A DNA stretch of 64,000 nt from Dendrobates tinctorius (Eukaryota), in assembly GCF_039654945.1 (NCBI RefSeq), contig NW_027362008.1, forward strand, positions 4,092,001 to 4,156,000, written 5' to 3'. Under the pieces are notes generated by a model, which did no database searches, was not told the DNA's origin, and worked only from the letters and a program-made list of their open reading frames with translations. Positions 36,830 through 51,943 of the stretch are shown here, piece after piece. Every line of letters begins with the position of its first letter. The stretch's first letter is position 1. Made by a program: the position numbers and the translations under genes.

Positions 36830-39123
36830 TAGAATCATAGAATCATAGAATCATAGAATCGTAGAGTTGGAAGGGACCTCCTGGGCCATCTGGTCCAACC
36901 CCCTGCTCAAAGCAGGATTCGCTAAATCATCCCTGTTAGATGTCTGTCCAGCCTCTGTTTGAAGACTTCCATTGAAGGAGAACTCCCCACTTCTCGTGGC
37001 AGCCTGTTCCACTCATTGATCACTCTAACTGTCAAAAAGTTTTTTCTAATATCTAATCTGTGTCTCCTCCCATTCAGCTTCATCCCATTGCTTCTAGTCT
37101 TTCCTTGTGCAAATGAGAATAAAGTTGATCCTTCTACAATGTGACAGCCCTTTAGATATTTGTAGACAGCTATTAAGTCTCCTCTCAGTCTTCTCTTTTG
37201 CAAACTAAACATTCCCAAATCCTGCAACCTTTCCTCATAAGACAGGGTTTGCAGACCGGTCACCATTCTGGTCGCTCTTTTCTGAACTTGCTCCAGTTTG
37301 TTGATGTCTTTTTTAAAATGTGGTGCCCAAAATTGGACACAATATTCCAGATGAGGTCTGACCAAAGAGGAGTAGAGGGAAATAATTACTTCACGTGATC
37401 TAGACTGTATGCTTCTGTTAATACATCCTAGAATTGCATTTGCCTTTTTTGCTGCTGCATCACACTGTTGACTCATATTCAGTCTGTGATCTATTAGTAT
37501 ACCCAAGTCTTTTTCACATGTGCTGTCACTTAGCCCTATTCCTCCCATTCTATATATGCTTTTTTCATTTTTATTGCCCAGATGTAGTACTTTGCATTTC
37601 TCCCTGTTAAAAACCATTCTGTTAGTTGCTGCCCACTTCTCCAGTTTATTTAAATCTTTTTGAATCCTCTCTCTCTCTTCTCTAGTATTAGCTATCCCTC
37701 CTAGCTTTGTGTCATCAGCAAATTTAATCAGTTTACCCTCAATTCCTTCATCTAAATCGTTGATAAAGATGTTGAACAATACAGGGCCCAGGACAGAGCC
37801 CTGTGGTACCCCACTTGAGACATTCTTCCAACTGGATGTGCAGCCATTTACGACCACTCTTTGGGTCCGATCACTAAGCCAGTTATGAATCCACCTAACA
37901 GTTGCCTTGTCCATTCCATACTTAGTCATTTTTTCAATAAGGATTGTATGAGAGACTTTGTCAAATGCTTTGCTGAAGTCAAGATATACTATATCTACAG
38001 CATTTCCTTGATCCACCCAATCAGTGATACCGTCATAGAAGGAAATTAAATTAGTCTGACATGACTTATTATTTACAAACCCATGCTGACTCTGTTTAAT
38101 CACTTCATTCTTATCCAAGTATTGACATACATGTTGTTTAATAATTTGTTCAAAGATCTTTCCTGGTATAGAAGTCAGACTCACCGGCCTATAGTTGCCT
38201 GGGTCCACCTTCTTCCCCTTTTTGAAGATAGGAACAACATTTGCTCTTCTCCAGTCTTCTGGCACTTCTCCTGTTCTCCAAGAATTTTCAAAGATTATGG
38301 AGAGGGGTTCAAAAATTTCTTCTGCTATCTCCTTCAGTACTCTGGGGTGTAATTCATCTGGACCTGGAGACTTGAATTCATTTAGGTTAGCTAAGTGTTT
38401 CCTCACTATCTTTCTGTTTATAGATATCCTGGATTCTTCTATTCCCTTAATAGGACAGTGAATAACAGTTGATGTTACATTTCCTTTCTGAGAGAAAACA
38501 GATGCAAAATAGGAATTTAAAAGTTCAGCCTTCTCAACATCCTGTCTTACCATTTCATCATTTTCATCCTGTAAAAATCCTATAGCATCTTTGACTTTTC
38601 TTTTACTTTTGACATATCCCCAAAATCCTTTATTATTGCTTTTGACATCTCTTGCAAGTCTCAATTCATTTTCAGCTTTAGCTAATCTGATTTGTGCCCT
38701 GCAGGTTCTGCAGACAGCATTATATTCTTCTTTAGATATGCCTCCCTCTTTCCATTTTATAAACATTTTTTTCTTCCTTTTTAGCATGTGCTTAAGTTCT
38801 GTGTTCATCCATCCTGGTTTCCTTAAATGCTTCCTATTCTTCCCTCTTTTCGGAATTGTTAACAACTGTGCTTTGAGAATTTCATTTTTCAAGATTTCCC
38901 ATCCTTCCTGGACATTTTTGTCTTTAAGGATATCCAGCCATTGGATCCCTCCAATTCTCTTTCTGAATCCCTTAAAATCTGCCTTTCTGAAATCTAACGT
39001 TGACGTCTGAGTCTTCACAGGTCTTCCGCCTCTAGTTATCCAAAATTCTAAAATAGCATGGTCGCTACCTCCTAGGGTCCCAGCCACTTTTACCTCCTCA
39101 ACCATTTCCTCCCTGTTTATAAG
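36830..39123 (-). mobile_element. CR1 copy B, U3 (open 727-aa ORF at 36922-39105)
   Basis: Octamer tail; TSD GATTTTCA at 36822-36829 and 39124-39131. Confidence 0.96.
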
Positions 39124-41212
39124 GATTTTCAGAGAAGTTATTCTCCATGAATTGAGTATCGCTGATTATGTACTGGAATCTCTCCATGCTGATATTTTAT
39201 CGTCTTTTCAAATCTGAGTGAACAAAGAATTTGTTTTTTCACTTCATCGTTAAGCTAGGTCATCTCTTTTTTGGATTTTTTTATTCCAAGACATGGCAGT
39301 TCTGTGCTCAGAGCTTCATGATCTATTAACGCTGTGAGATGGATTGTTTTATATGTCTAATGTAACGCAACAAGTATAAAAATGTTCTATAGTGAAGGTC
39401 AAAACTGGCTCCAGTATGTAACAATAAAAATGAAATAATGTGAAAACTTTTTTCACTATCTCATAAAGCTAAATTTATAAACCTTTCCAAAAATAAAATG
39501 AGATTGGCGTACAAAATCAGCTCATCAAATAAGGAAATTCTCCCATTACACTAAAAATAAATTTGCAGAAACTGGTACATGACCTGTACCCATAGCGGTG
39601 CCATTTACTTGGTGGAAAGGGATGAAATTAAAAATAAAATCATTTGAGTCAACTAAACATCCAATAATATTTTAAAACAAACCTGTTTTGTGACTAAAAA
39701 CAGATCTGCTCATCTCTCGTCGGTACATGGGTGGTAGAGGGTAGCAGTGAAACAATAGAAATTTATTTAGATGCATTTACATTGTTACATGATATGAATA
39801 CAGTTATGTTAGATGTCTTGTGACTACAGGTAAATGTTCTTTACCCAATTTAATAAAAAAATCTACTTACATCCAAATCTTCATTTCACTTGACCAAATA
39901 GTGAGATGTTGATGTAATTATCCTTTACAGAAACCTCTTGATTATGTCTTCTGCTGACATACTCACACTTTTTAAAGAAATGTTTTTATTCAATATTGGC
40001 TCGTTCACCCGTCTTAATCTAAAGTCACTGGATGCTTCTATAATTAAATGTAAATAAAAAAAAAGAAGGGGTTACCAGATATGAAGATGCTATGCTACTG
40101 TGAAGGTAACGTGGCAAATGCATTTCCAGTAGATGTAAAAACAGTAAATTTCTGAAGATCATAAAAAAATAGACATCAATCAGCTATAAAAAGCTAACAC
40201 ATGTATTACATTCTTCAATATGTTGTACACTTGGACGGGATGGCCATGGGGGTGGCATTCACGCCAAATAAGTATCAACACAATATCTCAGTGCAATTTT
40301 GCACATCTTTAATATTGTATAAAATATAGAAAGCCACTTCTACTAGATGTCTAATAGCATGTAAATGAAGACTGTTATAGCTCCCATTTACATGAATTAC
40401 ACACGTATATACAAGATGTATGAAGCATGGAACACCTTACTATATTAATAAATAATACAATTGAGCAATTTGAAGCAAACACTGCACTCAGCAGCTATTA
40501 ATCAGGTAATCATAGCAGTGGCCCTAACAATTTCAATACCATGGTCATTGCATATTTTAGAAATTTTGTCTCTTGACTTCATGAAACTATCATGAAATAA
40601 TACAATGAATAACATTTCTCTCTTTAGTTTACCTAATTATCAGCACAATGGTGAATAGTATCACAGGGCACCACAGGAAATTTCTATCCCTTTGTGTTGT
40701 CCCAAACCAGCATTCTCCCTGGAGAGATTTATAAATGTCAGTTTATATGTAAATGGAGACAGTAAGTCTTGGCCAATGACAATATCCCACTAATTAACAA
40801 CCCCCTGCTCTTCCCAGATATAAACTGTTTCCTCCTCTCAGTGACATCTACTTCACTCCAGGTATTATTTGTGGTCAGAACTGGCCTCTGAGGAGCATCA
40901 AGCTGTAGACTTGTTGGTGTACAGGAGGAGTTCAGCACCGACTATCATCTCTTTCAGTAGCAGTAGACATCTTCAATCTCCATCTACAAAGGTGAATATA
41001 TGATAAGTATAGCACAGCATATAGTAGATGGTATTACTGCAGATCCCTGGGGAATTATGCAATGCTGGAACATTATTACAGTGACTGCACACTATTATAC
41101 AATTGTGCATTTCTAGTCGCAGTTTACACGAGGTGATTACAGTATGTTATTATGGGTCTCAAAGATGTTTCATGCTTTATTCAATGCCATATCTCATTTC
41201 ATTTTATTCAGA

Positions 41213-42862
41213 ATGGCCACCAACATCAAGGAAGCAAGCAAGAACACGGCAAAACACCTTCTTCATCTGATATCAGAAACTTCCAAGAACCTGAAGATGA
41301 TGGAAGTGACTGACCACTTTGAACTTTTGCTAGAACTTGGGACTGGATCTTTTGGAAATGTACACATGGGAAAACACAAACATTCAGGTGAGATGATGAT
41401 GATGGATGATGACTATGAAGATGACTGAGCCATCAGGGTGGTTTTAGATGAATGTGAAAGATGAAATTGAAATCTGCTTGTACCCTGACAAACTGTACTT
41501 GTTAACAATCATTAAGTATGACCCTAGTTGTATCCTATCTACAACGTGTCATTAGTATTCTGCACCACTACCCTCTAGTCTTATGAATGCTCCTGTGTAA
41601 AGTGATTGATCAGGTTGTTTATATGGTTTTAAAAGTGTTATGGAATATGATGAGGATGAACATTAACAATTATAATGTTTATTCAACAGGACAGACCGTG
41701 GCAATTAAAATGATGGCAAAGAAGAAGACTCCAGAAGACAACTTCTTTCTGGAATATTGCATTTCACAAACCCTCAGCATTCATCGGAACATCATATTTA
41801 CTCACGACATCTTCTTCCATACCAGTAGGGATTTTGTGTTTGTTCAGGAAGTGGCACCGGCCGGAAATCTCCAGTCCATCCTTGTACCTAAAGTAAGATC
41901 TTAAGCTGTTCTCCACTTTTACATATTCAAGCATTATTCATACTGCTGAAGAAAAAAATTAGTGGTCTTTATTGTAGATCTGACATCTAACATTACCCTA
42001 TTTCCTCAGATTTAATAAACTCATATTTCTGTAAGTAGCAGTATGGGACCCCCATAATTAGGCAGGTTTAGGTTGTATGAGTATGTGTGAGCTAGTAAAA
42101 TCCTCTATGTGAGAGATATTTAATTTTTAGTGGAAATCTCACATTATAGAGGATATCTGATTAATAGCAGAGTAGAACTGATGTCTGCAGGAATTATATC
42201 TACTAGTAGAAGATATCTATAAGTCTTCTGTTCTTTTATATCAGATATGTTTTCCCTTCTGCTGTTCAGCTGTGTAATCTTCTGTGTTGTCTTTTTCTTA
42301 GGTCGGCATGCAGGAGGACATGTTGAAGCGTTGTGTTCCTCAGATCGCCAGTGCTCTGGACTTTATGCATAACAGAGGAATGGTTCATCGGGATATCAAG
42401 CCGAATAATATTCTTCTGATGGATGCAGAATGTCACTGGATAAAGCTGGCAGACTTTGGACTCACCAGGCTCCAGGGCACATTTGTTCCTTTTGTGCCCT
42501 GGTATAAACCCTACACTGCTCCAGAGCTCTGCTGCCTTAGACCAGGAGAACAGTTGTTGCTACATCCTAGTCTTGATGTCTGGGCTTTTGGTGTAGTCAT
42601 TTATTATGCTCTTTCTGGACTCTTTCCTTGGCATGGGGCAAAACGCGGTGATCGAGATTATAAAGAGTTTGCCTGGTGGCAGGTTGGAAGGGATCTGTCA
42701 AAAGCTCCAAAAAAGTGGAAGAAAATTTCAGTGGAGGCCAGAGTAATGTTCTGGGAACTGCTTCAAATAAATGCCTCTAAGAGAGGCTCGGCCATTGACA
42801 TTCTAAAATTTATGCACTTGCCATGGAAAGCCGAGGAATGTTCAGAGACCGAAGCAACCTGA
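41213..42862 (+). CDS. SBK-family kinase copy 3; exons 41213-41387, 41690-41892, 42302-42862
   Basis: Splice sites and catalytic motifs are intact. Confidence 0.92.
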
Positions 42863-45800
42863 TATGTTGAATCTATGACAAACTGCAATATGATATTTGT
42901 TTTTTTAATCAATAATGTCTACAAAGCAGACTGTGAACTATTGTAAATAGCTCAATAAATGAATAAAACAGACTTGAATCTTACTAAAGTTTGTCTCGAG
43001 AAAAACAGAAAAAAATATAGAAGTTACGGGTATACGAACATGGGACACTCCCAAAACATTTTTTAAGTCAGTTTTTTTCATAAAAGTAACAAAACATAAA
43101 AAGTGATATAGAAAAGGAATTGTCATGGTATTGCTATTCACATTCTACATATTTCACATTGACATGCTTTAGCACTACAGAGTGCATCTTTTTTGTTTAT
43201 TGAAAATGAAGGTAACTGCAGCTAGTTGGCTCCTGTTCACATTAGCTTGGAAGTGCCAGTCTTTTTGTCACTAAAAAAATAATACTGGTACTTTATTCCC
43301 AAATTTGATAAATATGCTGAGCCTCCATCTTGCTATTTGCACTGGATATTATGCCCATTGGTTAAGAAAACTCCCTTGGTTATACAGGACTCAAGATTTT
43401 TTACAAATACAGGATGATTTTGATTGACAAGAATTATTGCAGCTGGTGACAATCCTTGTGCTTTTGCTTTGCACACAATTCCTTTCAATTTGCAGGACCC
43501 TGGTATAACCAGGCAGCTGATACAGCAATGGATTCACCAGTTGCCGTGACTTGTATACTGTATATATTTTTTGGAGAAAGATACTTAATTTGAACAATCC
43601 ATTTCTATTACATATCAAATTATTCTTACAATTTAAAGACAATATTCTTATAGTAAGAAGAGATGTGTCTTTTACTTTTTGGAAAGCATGCAGTAAAAAA
43701 TAAAATCATTATGAGTCAGCACAAATTCTAATAATTTGAAAACAAAACTCTTGAGTGACTGAATATGATTGCCCTTTGTGCTCAAAAATATTTTACTGCC
43801 TGAGTTCCCAATTCATAACAGATTCTGGTATAAAATGTCTCAATGTAAAGTCTCACTATTATTCTTGTGGGTGGCCAGGACTTCCAGCATCACCAGACCT
43901 CTGACTTCACTGTGCCTTTGTTGGGAAAAAACTTGGCACTCATAGTAAAATCAGAGGATTTTATATTTGAATTTATTTAACATTGTCGGAGAAGAGATTT
44001 CTATTTCTACTTGGGTAGTTTCTGTCTTATGGGTACCTATGCAATGAAGCATAATGAGAGAGACAGACTGCTCGCTGTGTTTCCAAATCGTCTCTAAGGT
44101 TTATTGACAGTGTGAACTTTTATAGAACAAGATCAAAAAGAAATGAAGAATACATAAGAATTGGCAAAATAGAAAGGGAGGTTACACAATCGTTGACATA
44201 AAAAGATAGGTTATACAATGAGTTGTCAACCACATCCTCGGACACAAGATAAAATTAAATGAAAAATGACAGGAATACAGGGGTGCTTTCCAAAAGTCAA
44301 TGTGCTCTAAGTTAATAGTCATGAGTTCATATTCAAAAGATATTTTTCTAAAAAGATGTTAGAACATTTCACCTCAAAAGGGAAGAGAATGCATGTCCTT
44401 CAGATTTTCTGGGAATTGTAGGAACTGACCATTAGCCATAGGACTGTGACCACATAGACAGATGATAACTGGATGTCACGACTAGTGACGAGTTCGCTGC
44501 CGAGCCAACACCTCCACGTCGACGACCACGACGATGTGGGGTGAGCGTCCCAAGTGGGGATGGAATGTGGACCCACTGGACCACAGGGGGGACCCAGGCC
44601 TACCCAGACTAGGGAAGAGTAGCGACCGGGGTCTGTGGCAGCTGAGCATGTGGACGAGGAGGCAGAATGACATGACACCGCACACTTCAGGTATAGACAT
44701 AAAGTTTACTTGAACAAGACATGGTACATAAACGAAACAGTTATGCAAGGCTCCCGGTTCCGCACATCAGGGAAGGGTACATGTCTCAGGATAACAGAAG
44801 AAAGGCAGGAGGTCATTACGGGTTGAGCAGTCCAGGGTTGTCTGGCATGGGTATACTAGGGCGGCCTCTTCCTCAGTCCTCAGGGGTAGCAAAGGGTCAC
44901 CAGGAGAATATCAGACACCGACCACAAACAGACTTCAGAAAATGGCAGGCATTGTCTGACATTTCAATCACATCCATACACGCAGTACTTCTGTATTCTC
45001 CCGCTACCCGTATTTTATCAAAAAAGCTCTAATGCCAATGGACAAAAACATAAATCTTATCTATTTATAGAAACTCTTGGTTGGTTCACTATATCCTCTA
45101 ATTAGTGTCCTATCTGAGTACCCGGTTGCATACAAAAAAATTGAGCAATTATATTCACATATTGTCTTCACGTGATTTTCCCACTTCATTACAAACTCCC
45201 ACCCGGTTCCTTCCATTAGGTTTTTCCAAGGAGCAACTAACCAGAGAGTTTTATCTTAATCGCTGCTTTGAGCAACAAAAAGGCTGTTTATGCACTGAGC
45301 ACACATCATTTAGTCTCCATACATCAACAGGGCTGCTTTACAGTAGTACGAAATGAATATGTTGAAGTGTATTTTCCTGGGCCCAACCAGTATGTGGGTA
45401 CCAAGGTGTAATGGGGTGCATAGGACTATGCAGCAGGGCAGACATTGCTGTCACTCTGTAAACAAAAGAGTAGGGGAGAACCGTATGAATATGGTGAAGT
45501 GTATTTTTTTCCTGGGCCCATCCAGTATGTGGGTTCCAAGTGTTTAATGGGGTGCATATGACTATGGTATGAATCTCGGAAAAAAATATTTAAAGCTGTG
45601 AACTAGGAGTCAGGAATGCTTCCAGGGGCGATCCCCATGAATTCCCCATTTCATTTGAGCAGTGTTTAAATCATTTTCAGATGTTTCTAGACCTTAAAAT
45701 GACCCCCTTGGGGGATCACAGCAAAAATGCTCGGGTTTCCCATAGACTTATATTGGGCTCGTTGTTCTGTCCGAGTACCCAAGTATTACAATTTGCTCGA

Positions 45801-46275
45801 CCCGAACAACGAGTGCCCAAGCATTTTAGTGCTCGCTCATCACTAATCCCAGTACTTAAAAAGCGATACTCAATTCATGGAGAATAACTTCTCTGAAATT
45901 CAAATTAATTGGGAAAATCCAAACGGTTAAGCGATTTTGAATTTTGCTGATCTGACCCATGTTATAAAACAATCTTATCATATATTGTGCACGATGAATG
46001 CCGCATGAAGGGAAAAGTGAAAAACTGCTAAACTTGCTATTCTTGTTCATCTTACCTCACTAAAAAATTGAATTAAAAAAATCATGTATCCCAACGCTGT
46101 ACCAAAACAACTAGTTTTGTACCCAAAAACATGTCCTCATGCAGATCTGCATTCAGAAAAATAAAAAGCAATGACTCTCAATATGACAGCTATAAAAAAC
46201 ATATTGTGATTTTCTTGGGTATGAACATAATCATGTCAGCACACAGAATAAAGTGAACAAGTCAATTATACTGCT

Positions 46276-47437
46276 TACGTTTGAAAATCCACCAGGCTTC
46301 CCTATTTTGTAATGTAACCTCCGTATCACCCCCTCTGATGGGTGTGTGTATTTTTTCAATTGCATACACCAGAAGTGTTTTCAGGTCATCTTTATGACAT
46401 TCAATAAAATGTTTTGACACCTGAGATGTGTTCCTTTCCATGTTAATATTCTCTGTGTCATAGATGTGTTCCCCAATTCTTTTCTTCAGCTTGCGTTTTG
46501 TGCTTCCAACATGTTTTAGATGGCAGAAGGTGCACTCCATAATATATACCAAGGTTTTAGTGCTACAATTGATAAAGGTTTTAGTAGCAAAATTCTTGCT
46601 TTCACTAGAATCTCCAAAGCTAGAGCTCTCTTTAGTGTATTTACAGGACTTAGCGCCACACTTATAAAAACCCTTGGTTTTCTGCCAATTTGTGGATTGA
46701 ATTTGAGACATATTCAAAAAACTTGGCAAAAGGCTCTGACCTAAAGATGGTGCTCTCCTAGAGTCTATTCTAAATCCTTTCCCTATAATACTATCTATAT
46801 CTGGATCCTCTTTTAATACAGATAAATTATTTTGAATAATTCGTTCAATAGAGGCAAACTGGTTACTACACTGCGAGACCAATGTTACAGGAGTGACTGA
46901 ATGTTCATGTGTGTTACACTTAGGTTTGAATCGCGGTTTTTGAGCCACAATGTTTTCAGCTTTGCTTAAACTCCATTGGGTATAACCCCTTTGGGTCAAT
47001 CACTGCTTAATGTTAGAAACTTCCTGTTGATAATCTGTATTTGTGCTACAATTGCATTTAGCTCTTGTCATCTCCCCAACAGGTATACTTTTAATTGTAT
47101 GTTTAGGATGATGGCTTTTTCCATGGAGTATAGCATTGCCTGCTGTGTTCTTTCTAAATTTTTGTGTTACTACAGGTTTACCTGAAATTCCTTGTAAAAT
47201 CAAATAAAAAAAATCAATGCATGAAATTTTATGGCGGACCACAAATTTTAAATTCAAGGGATTGCAATTAATATAAAAATTAAAATCCTGTATGGCAGAT
47301 ACATCAGAATTCCAGATGATAATGATATCATCTATGTATCTGCCTTACCAATAGACACAATCTTTAAATGGATTATTTACAGTATAAATATACAGCTCTT
47401 CCCACCAGCTCATTACCAAGTGAAATTAGCAAGTGAA
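46276..47437 (-). mobile_element. Decayed Penelope-like element, U4 copy
   Basis: ORFs 46262-46999 and 47000-47257. Confidence 0.88.
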
Positions 47438-47898
47438 GTTGTCAAGCGATCCACTATATGACCAAGATGAAAATCTTTCTTTGCAATTGCGGCTTGTTCC
47501 CAGTCAACTTACGTGCATCGTTATATTTTACTTTTGGTTATGTGTGTTTTTCCATGCGTTATTCATCCTGTTTTGAATGTGAATGTTTTTTCTTTGTCAT
47601 CTAGGAATATTTAACACCATCCACTATATGATTAAGATATAAAGTATTTTTCGCAATTGCGGCTTGTTCCTCGCTAGTTTATGTGGATTGTTATGCAGGA
47701 GCATATTGCTATCTGTGTTTTTTTATGCGATGTAGATCTGGTTTTGAATTAAATTGTTTTCATTTTTGCTTTCACCTAGGTACTTTTACCCTCCTCCGCT
47801 GAAATTGTGTTTTTAGATCTGTGTCTCTTACTATTACTCTATGACACTCAGTGTATGATAGAGAGAAATGTATTTTTCTTCTTTCTATGATTGTTATT

Positions 47899-50800
47899 GA
47901 ATCATAGAATCATAGAATCATAGAATCATAGAATCGTAGAGTTGGAAGGGACCTCCTGGGCCATCTGGTCCAACCCCCTGCTCAAAGCAGGATTCGCTAA
48001 ATCATCCCAGTCAGATGTCTGTCCAGCCTCTGTTTGAAGACTTCCATTGAAGGAGAACTCACCACTTCTCGTGGCAGCCTGTTCCACTCATTGATCACTC
48101 TAACTGTCAAAAAGTTTTTTCTAATATCTAATCTGTGTCTCTTCCCATTCAGTTTCATCCCATTGCTTCTAGTTTTTCCTTGTGCAAATGAGAATAAAGT
48201 TGATCCTTCTACAATGTGACAGCCCTTTAGATATTTGTAGACAGCTATTAAGTCTCCTCTCAGTCTTCTCTTTTGCAAACTAAACATTCCCAAATCCTGC
48301 AACCTTTCCTCATAAGACAGGGATTGCAGACCGGTCACCATTCTGGTCGCTCTTTTCTGAACTTGCTCCAGTTTGTTGATGTCTTTTTTAAAATGTGGTG
48401 CCCAAAACTGGACACAATATTCCAGATGAGGTCTGACCAAAGAGGAGTAGAGGGAAATAATGACTTCACGTGATCTAGACTGTATGCTTCTGTTAATACA
48501 TCCTAGAATTGCATTTGCCTTTTTTGCTGCTGCATCACACTGTTGACTCATTTTCAGTCTGTGATCTATTAGTATACCCAAGTCTTTTTCACATGTGCTG
48601 TCACTTAGCCCTATTCCTCCCATTCTATATATGCTTTTTTCATTTTTATTGCCCAGATGTAGTACTTTGCATTTCTCCCTGTTAAAAACCATTCTGTTAG
48701 TTGCTGCCCACTTCTCCAGTTTATTTAAATCTTTTTGAATCCTCTCTCTCTTCTCTAGTATTAGCTATCCCTCCTAGCTTTGTGTCATCAGCAAATTTAA
48801 TCAGTTTACCCTCAATTCCTTCATCTAAATCGTTGATAAAGATGTTGAACAATACAGGGCCCAGGACAGAGCCCTGTGGTACCCCACATGAGACATTCTT
48901 CCAACTGGATGTGCAGCCATTTACGACCACTCTTTGGGTCCGATCACTAAGCCAGTTATGAATCCACCTAACAGTTGCCTTGTCCATTCCATACTTAGTC
49001 ATTTTTTCAATAAGGATTGTATGAGAGACTTTGTCAAATGCTTTGCTGAAGTCAAGATATACTATATCTACAGCATTTCCTTGATCCACCCAATCAGTGA
49101 TACCGTCATAGAAGGAAATTAAGTTAGTCTGACATGACTTATTAGTTAGAAACCCATGCTGACTCTGTTTAATCACTTCATTCTTATCCAGGTATTGACA
49201 TACAAGTTGTTTAATAATTTGTTCAAAGATCTTTCCTGGTATAGAAGTCAGACTCACCGGCCTATAGTTGCCTGGGTCCACCTTCTTCCCCTTTTTGAAG
49301 ATAGGAACAACATTTGCTCTTCTCCAGTCTTCTGGCACTTCTCCTGTTCTCCAAGAATTTTCAAAGATTATGGAGAGGGGTTCAAAAATTTCTTCTGCTA
49401 TCTCCTTCAGTACTCTGGGGTGTAATTCATCTGGACCTGGAGACTTGAATTCATTTAGGTTAGCTAACTGTTTCCTCACTATCTTTCTGTTTATAGATAT
49501 CCTGGATTCTTCTATTCCCTTAATAGGACAGTGAATAACAGTTGATGTTGCATTTCCTTTCTGAGAGAAAGCAGATGCAAAATAGGAATTTAAAAGTTCA
49601 GCCTTCTCAACATCCTGTCTTACCATTTCATCATTTTCATCCTGTAAAAATCCTATAGCATCTTTGACTTTTCTTTTACTTTTGACATATCCCCAAAATC
49701 CTTTATTATTGCTTTTGACATCTCTTGCAAGCCTCAGTTCATTTTCAGCTTTAGCTAATCTGATTTGTGCCCTGCAGGTTCTGCAGACAGCATTATATTC
49801 TTCTTTAGATATGCCTCCCTCTTTCCATTTTATAAACATTTTTTTCTTCCTTTTAGCATGTGCTTAAGTTCTGTGTTCATCCATCCTGGTTTCCTTAAAT
49901 GCTTCCTATTCTTCCCTCTTTTCGGAATTGTTAACAACTGTGCTTTGAGAATTTCATTTTTCAAGATTTCCCATCCTTCCTGGACATTTTTGTCTTTAAG
50001 GATATCCAGCCATTGGATCCCTCCAATTCTCTTTCTGAATCCCTTAAAATCTGCCTTTCTGAAATCTAACCTTGACGTCTGAGTCTTCACAGGTCTTCCA
50101 CCTCTAGTAATCCAAAATTCTAAAATAGCATGGTCGCTACCTCCTAGGGTCCCAGCCACTTTTACCTCCTCAACCATTTCCTCCCTGTTTATAAGGATTA
50201 GATCCAAGGTAGCAGTTCCCCTTGTTTTCTCCCTTACCTTTTGGAAGATAAAGTTGTCAGCAAGAGAGGATAAGAATTTCCTTGACCTGTTAGTTTTGCC
50301 TGAGAGAGATTCCCAACAAATGTCTGGATAGTTGAAATCTCCCATGACAACTATGTCATATTTTTTGGAGAACTTGGCCATCTGATGCATAAAGAGTTCA
50401 TCTATATCTTTGGCTTGCACAGGCGGCCTGTAGTAAATGCCTACAATGGTGTCCTTTCCATTGTTCTGTCCTTGTATTCTTACGCAAACAGTTTCCACAG
50501 AACTCCCAGTCTCTGAAGCTTCAATCTCTGTGCAGATATACGCGTTTCGAACATACAATGCGACACCCCCTCCTCGTTTATCAAGTCTGTTTCTTGCAAA
50601 TAAGTTGTATCCTTCTAGTCTTGTATTCCAATCATGTGTATTGTCCCACCAAGTTTCAGTGATTCCAATTACATCATATTTCTGTTCCTGTGTTAGTAGT
50701 TCCAATTCTCCTTGTTTGTTGCCCATGCTTTGTGCATTAGTATAGAAACATTTTAGTTTGTGATTGGTTTCTCTTTCTCCAATATTTTTATTAATTAGAT

Positions 50801-50913
50801 TCTTTCGTCTTTGTTCTTCCTTTCCACTTCTAATAGAAGAGTTCTCAATAGCATTTGTCAGGTGTATGGCTTTTTCTGGTCTTTTGCTTCCCTTCCCATG
50901 TTGTTCTTGAGAA
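47899..50913 (-). mobile_element. CR1 copy A, U4 (two frameshifts, same as U3)
   Basis: ORF pieces 49830-51002, 48721-49839 and 47997-48692. Confidence 0.95.
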
Positions 50914-51734
50914 ATTGAGAATAATATAATAGAAAAAATGTCTTTGTAAGGCTGTGTGCCCACATTGCGCTTTTTCAGAGTTTCCGTGGTGATTTTAAAC
51001 AAGTGATTCTGCCGCTGAAATGCTTAAGAAAATCATTACATGTTATCATAATTGATTCCGCACATGTTGTGCTAATGGTGCGTATTTTACCGCTGCGGAA
51101 TTGCTTAGCGGTAAAAAACACAGCATGTTCATTAATTTTGTGGAATCGCATGCGATTATGCATACATACACTTGTATTGCAAAAGCGCATAGGAAATCAC
51201 ATGTTAAAACATATGACAAATGCATCAAAATTGCTAAAATCTTCAAAACTGCATGCGTTTTTCCAGCTAAGGGTGTGCGTTTCTCCTCAGGAATATTCTA
51301 CTTCAAAACTGCAATGTGGGCACATAGCCTGAAAGTGGCTTTTCTATCCTCTAGTCTGAGTAGATGGCTGTAATTTTTCATTCTGACGTTTGATCCATCA
51401 TATGATTTTCACTCTGTTCCAGAGTGAAATTGTATTTTCCTCTTTGGTTGTTTTGTAAAAACTCAACATCAATTTTTACAATTATGGTTCTTTCATTTGC
51501 TCCCTTATATAAATGTATATTTCTCTACTTCTGTACTGTGGCTGCTAAGAAGAATTTACAATATACTGCGTTTGTTCTGCGCAATTGAAATACATTCTTG
51601 CCTTTATGCCATGTGGAAATCACATTCCTGATTTTAGCCATGTATGTCTTCACTTGTAATTCATTTACGTTAATTAGATATGTTAATTGTCTTTCACTAG
51701 TGTTCAGCATATTAGTGCTTTCTCGAACAATGCC

Positions 51735-51782
51735 TGTTATCATGACTAAGGGTGCTGGGACACCTGAAACGCGTTGATAACA
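51735..51782 (+). ncRNA. Minimal hammerhead-like motif, U4 copy (best preserved)
   Basis: Retains GAAACGCGTT, with the palindromic ACGCGT stem III typical of Penelope minimal hammerheads. Confidence 0.65.
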
Positions 51783-51943
51783 CAATCTTATGTACCATTC
51801 ATGCTGATATTTTATCTATTCACATCTGAGTGAATAAAGAATTTGTGTTTTCACTTCTGGATCATGGCTTTTTTGTTACATTAGCCATACCTTTCTTTTC
51901 TGGGCAATATAGATGTAAAAGTGTTTTTTAAGTATCAGTTATA

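Larger units (their letters stand above)
27241..43402 (+). repeat. Tandem array unit U3 (16162 bp)
   Basis: Colinear with U1 at offset +27240, then +27238 after a 2-bp deletion in CR1-A. Confidence 0.97.
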
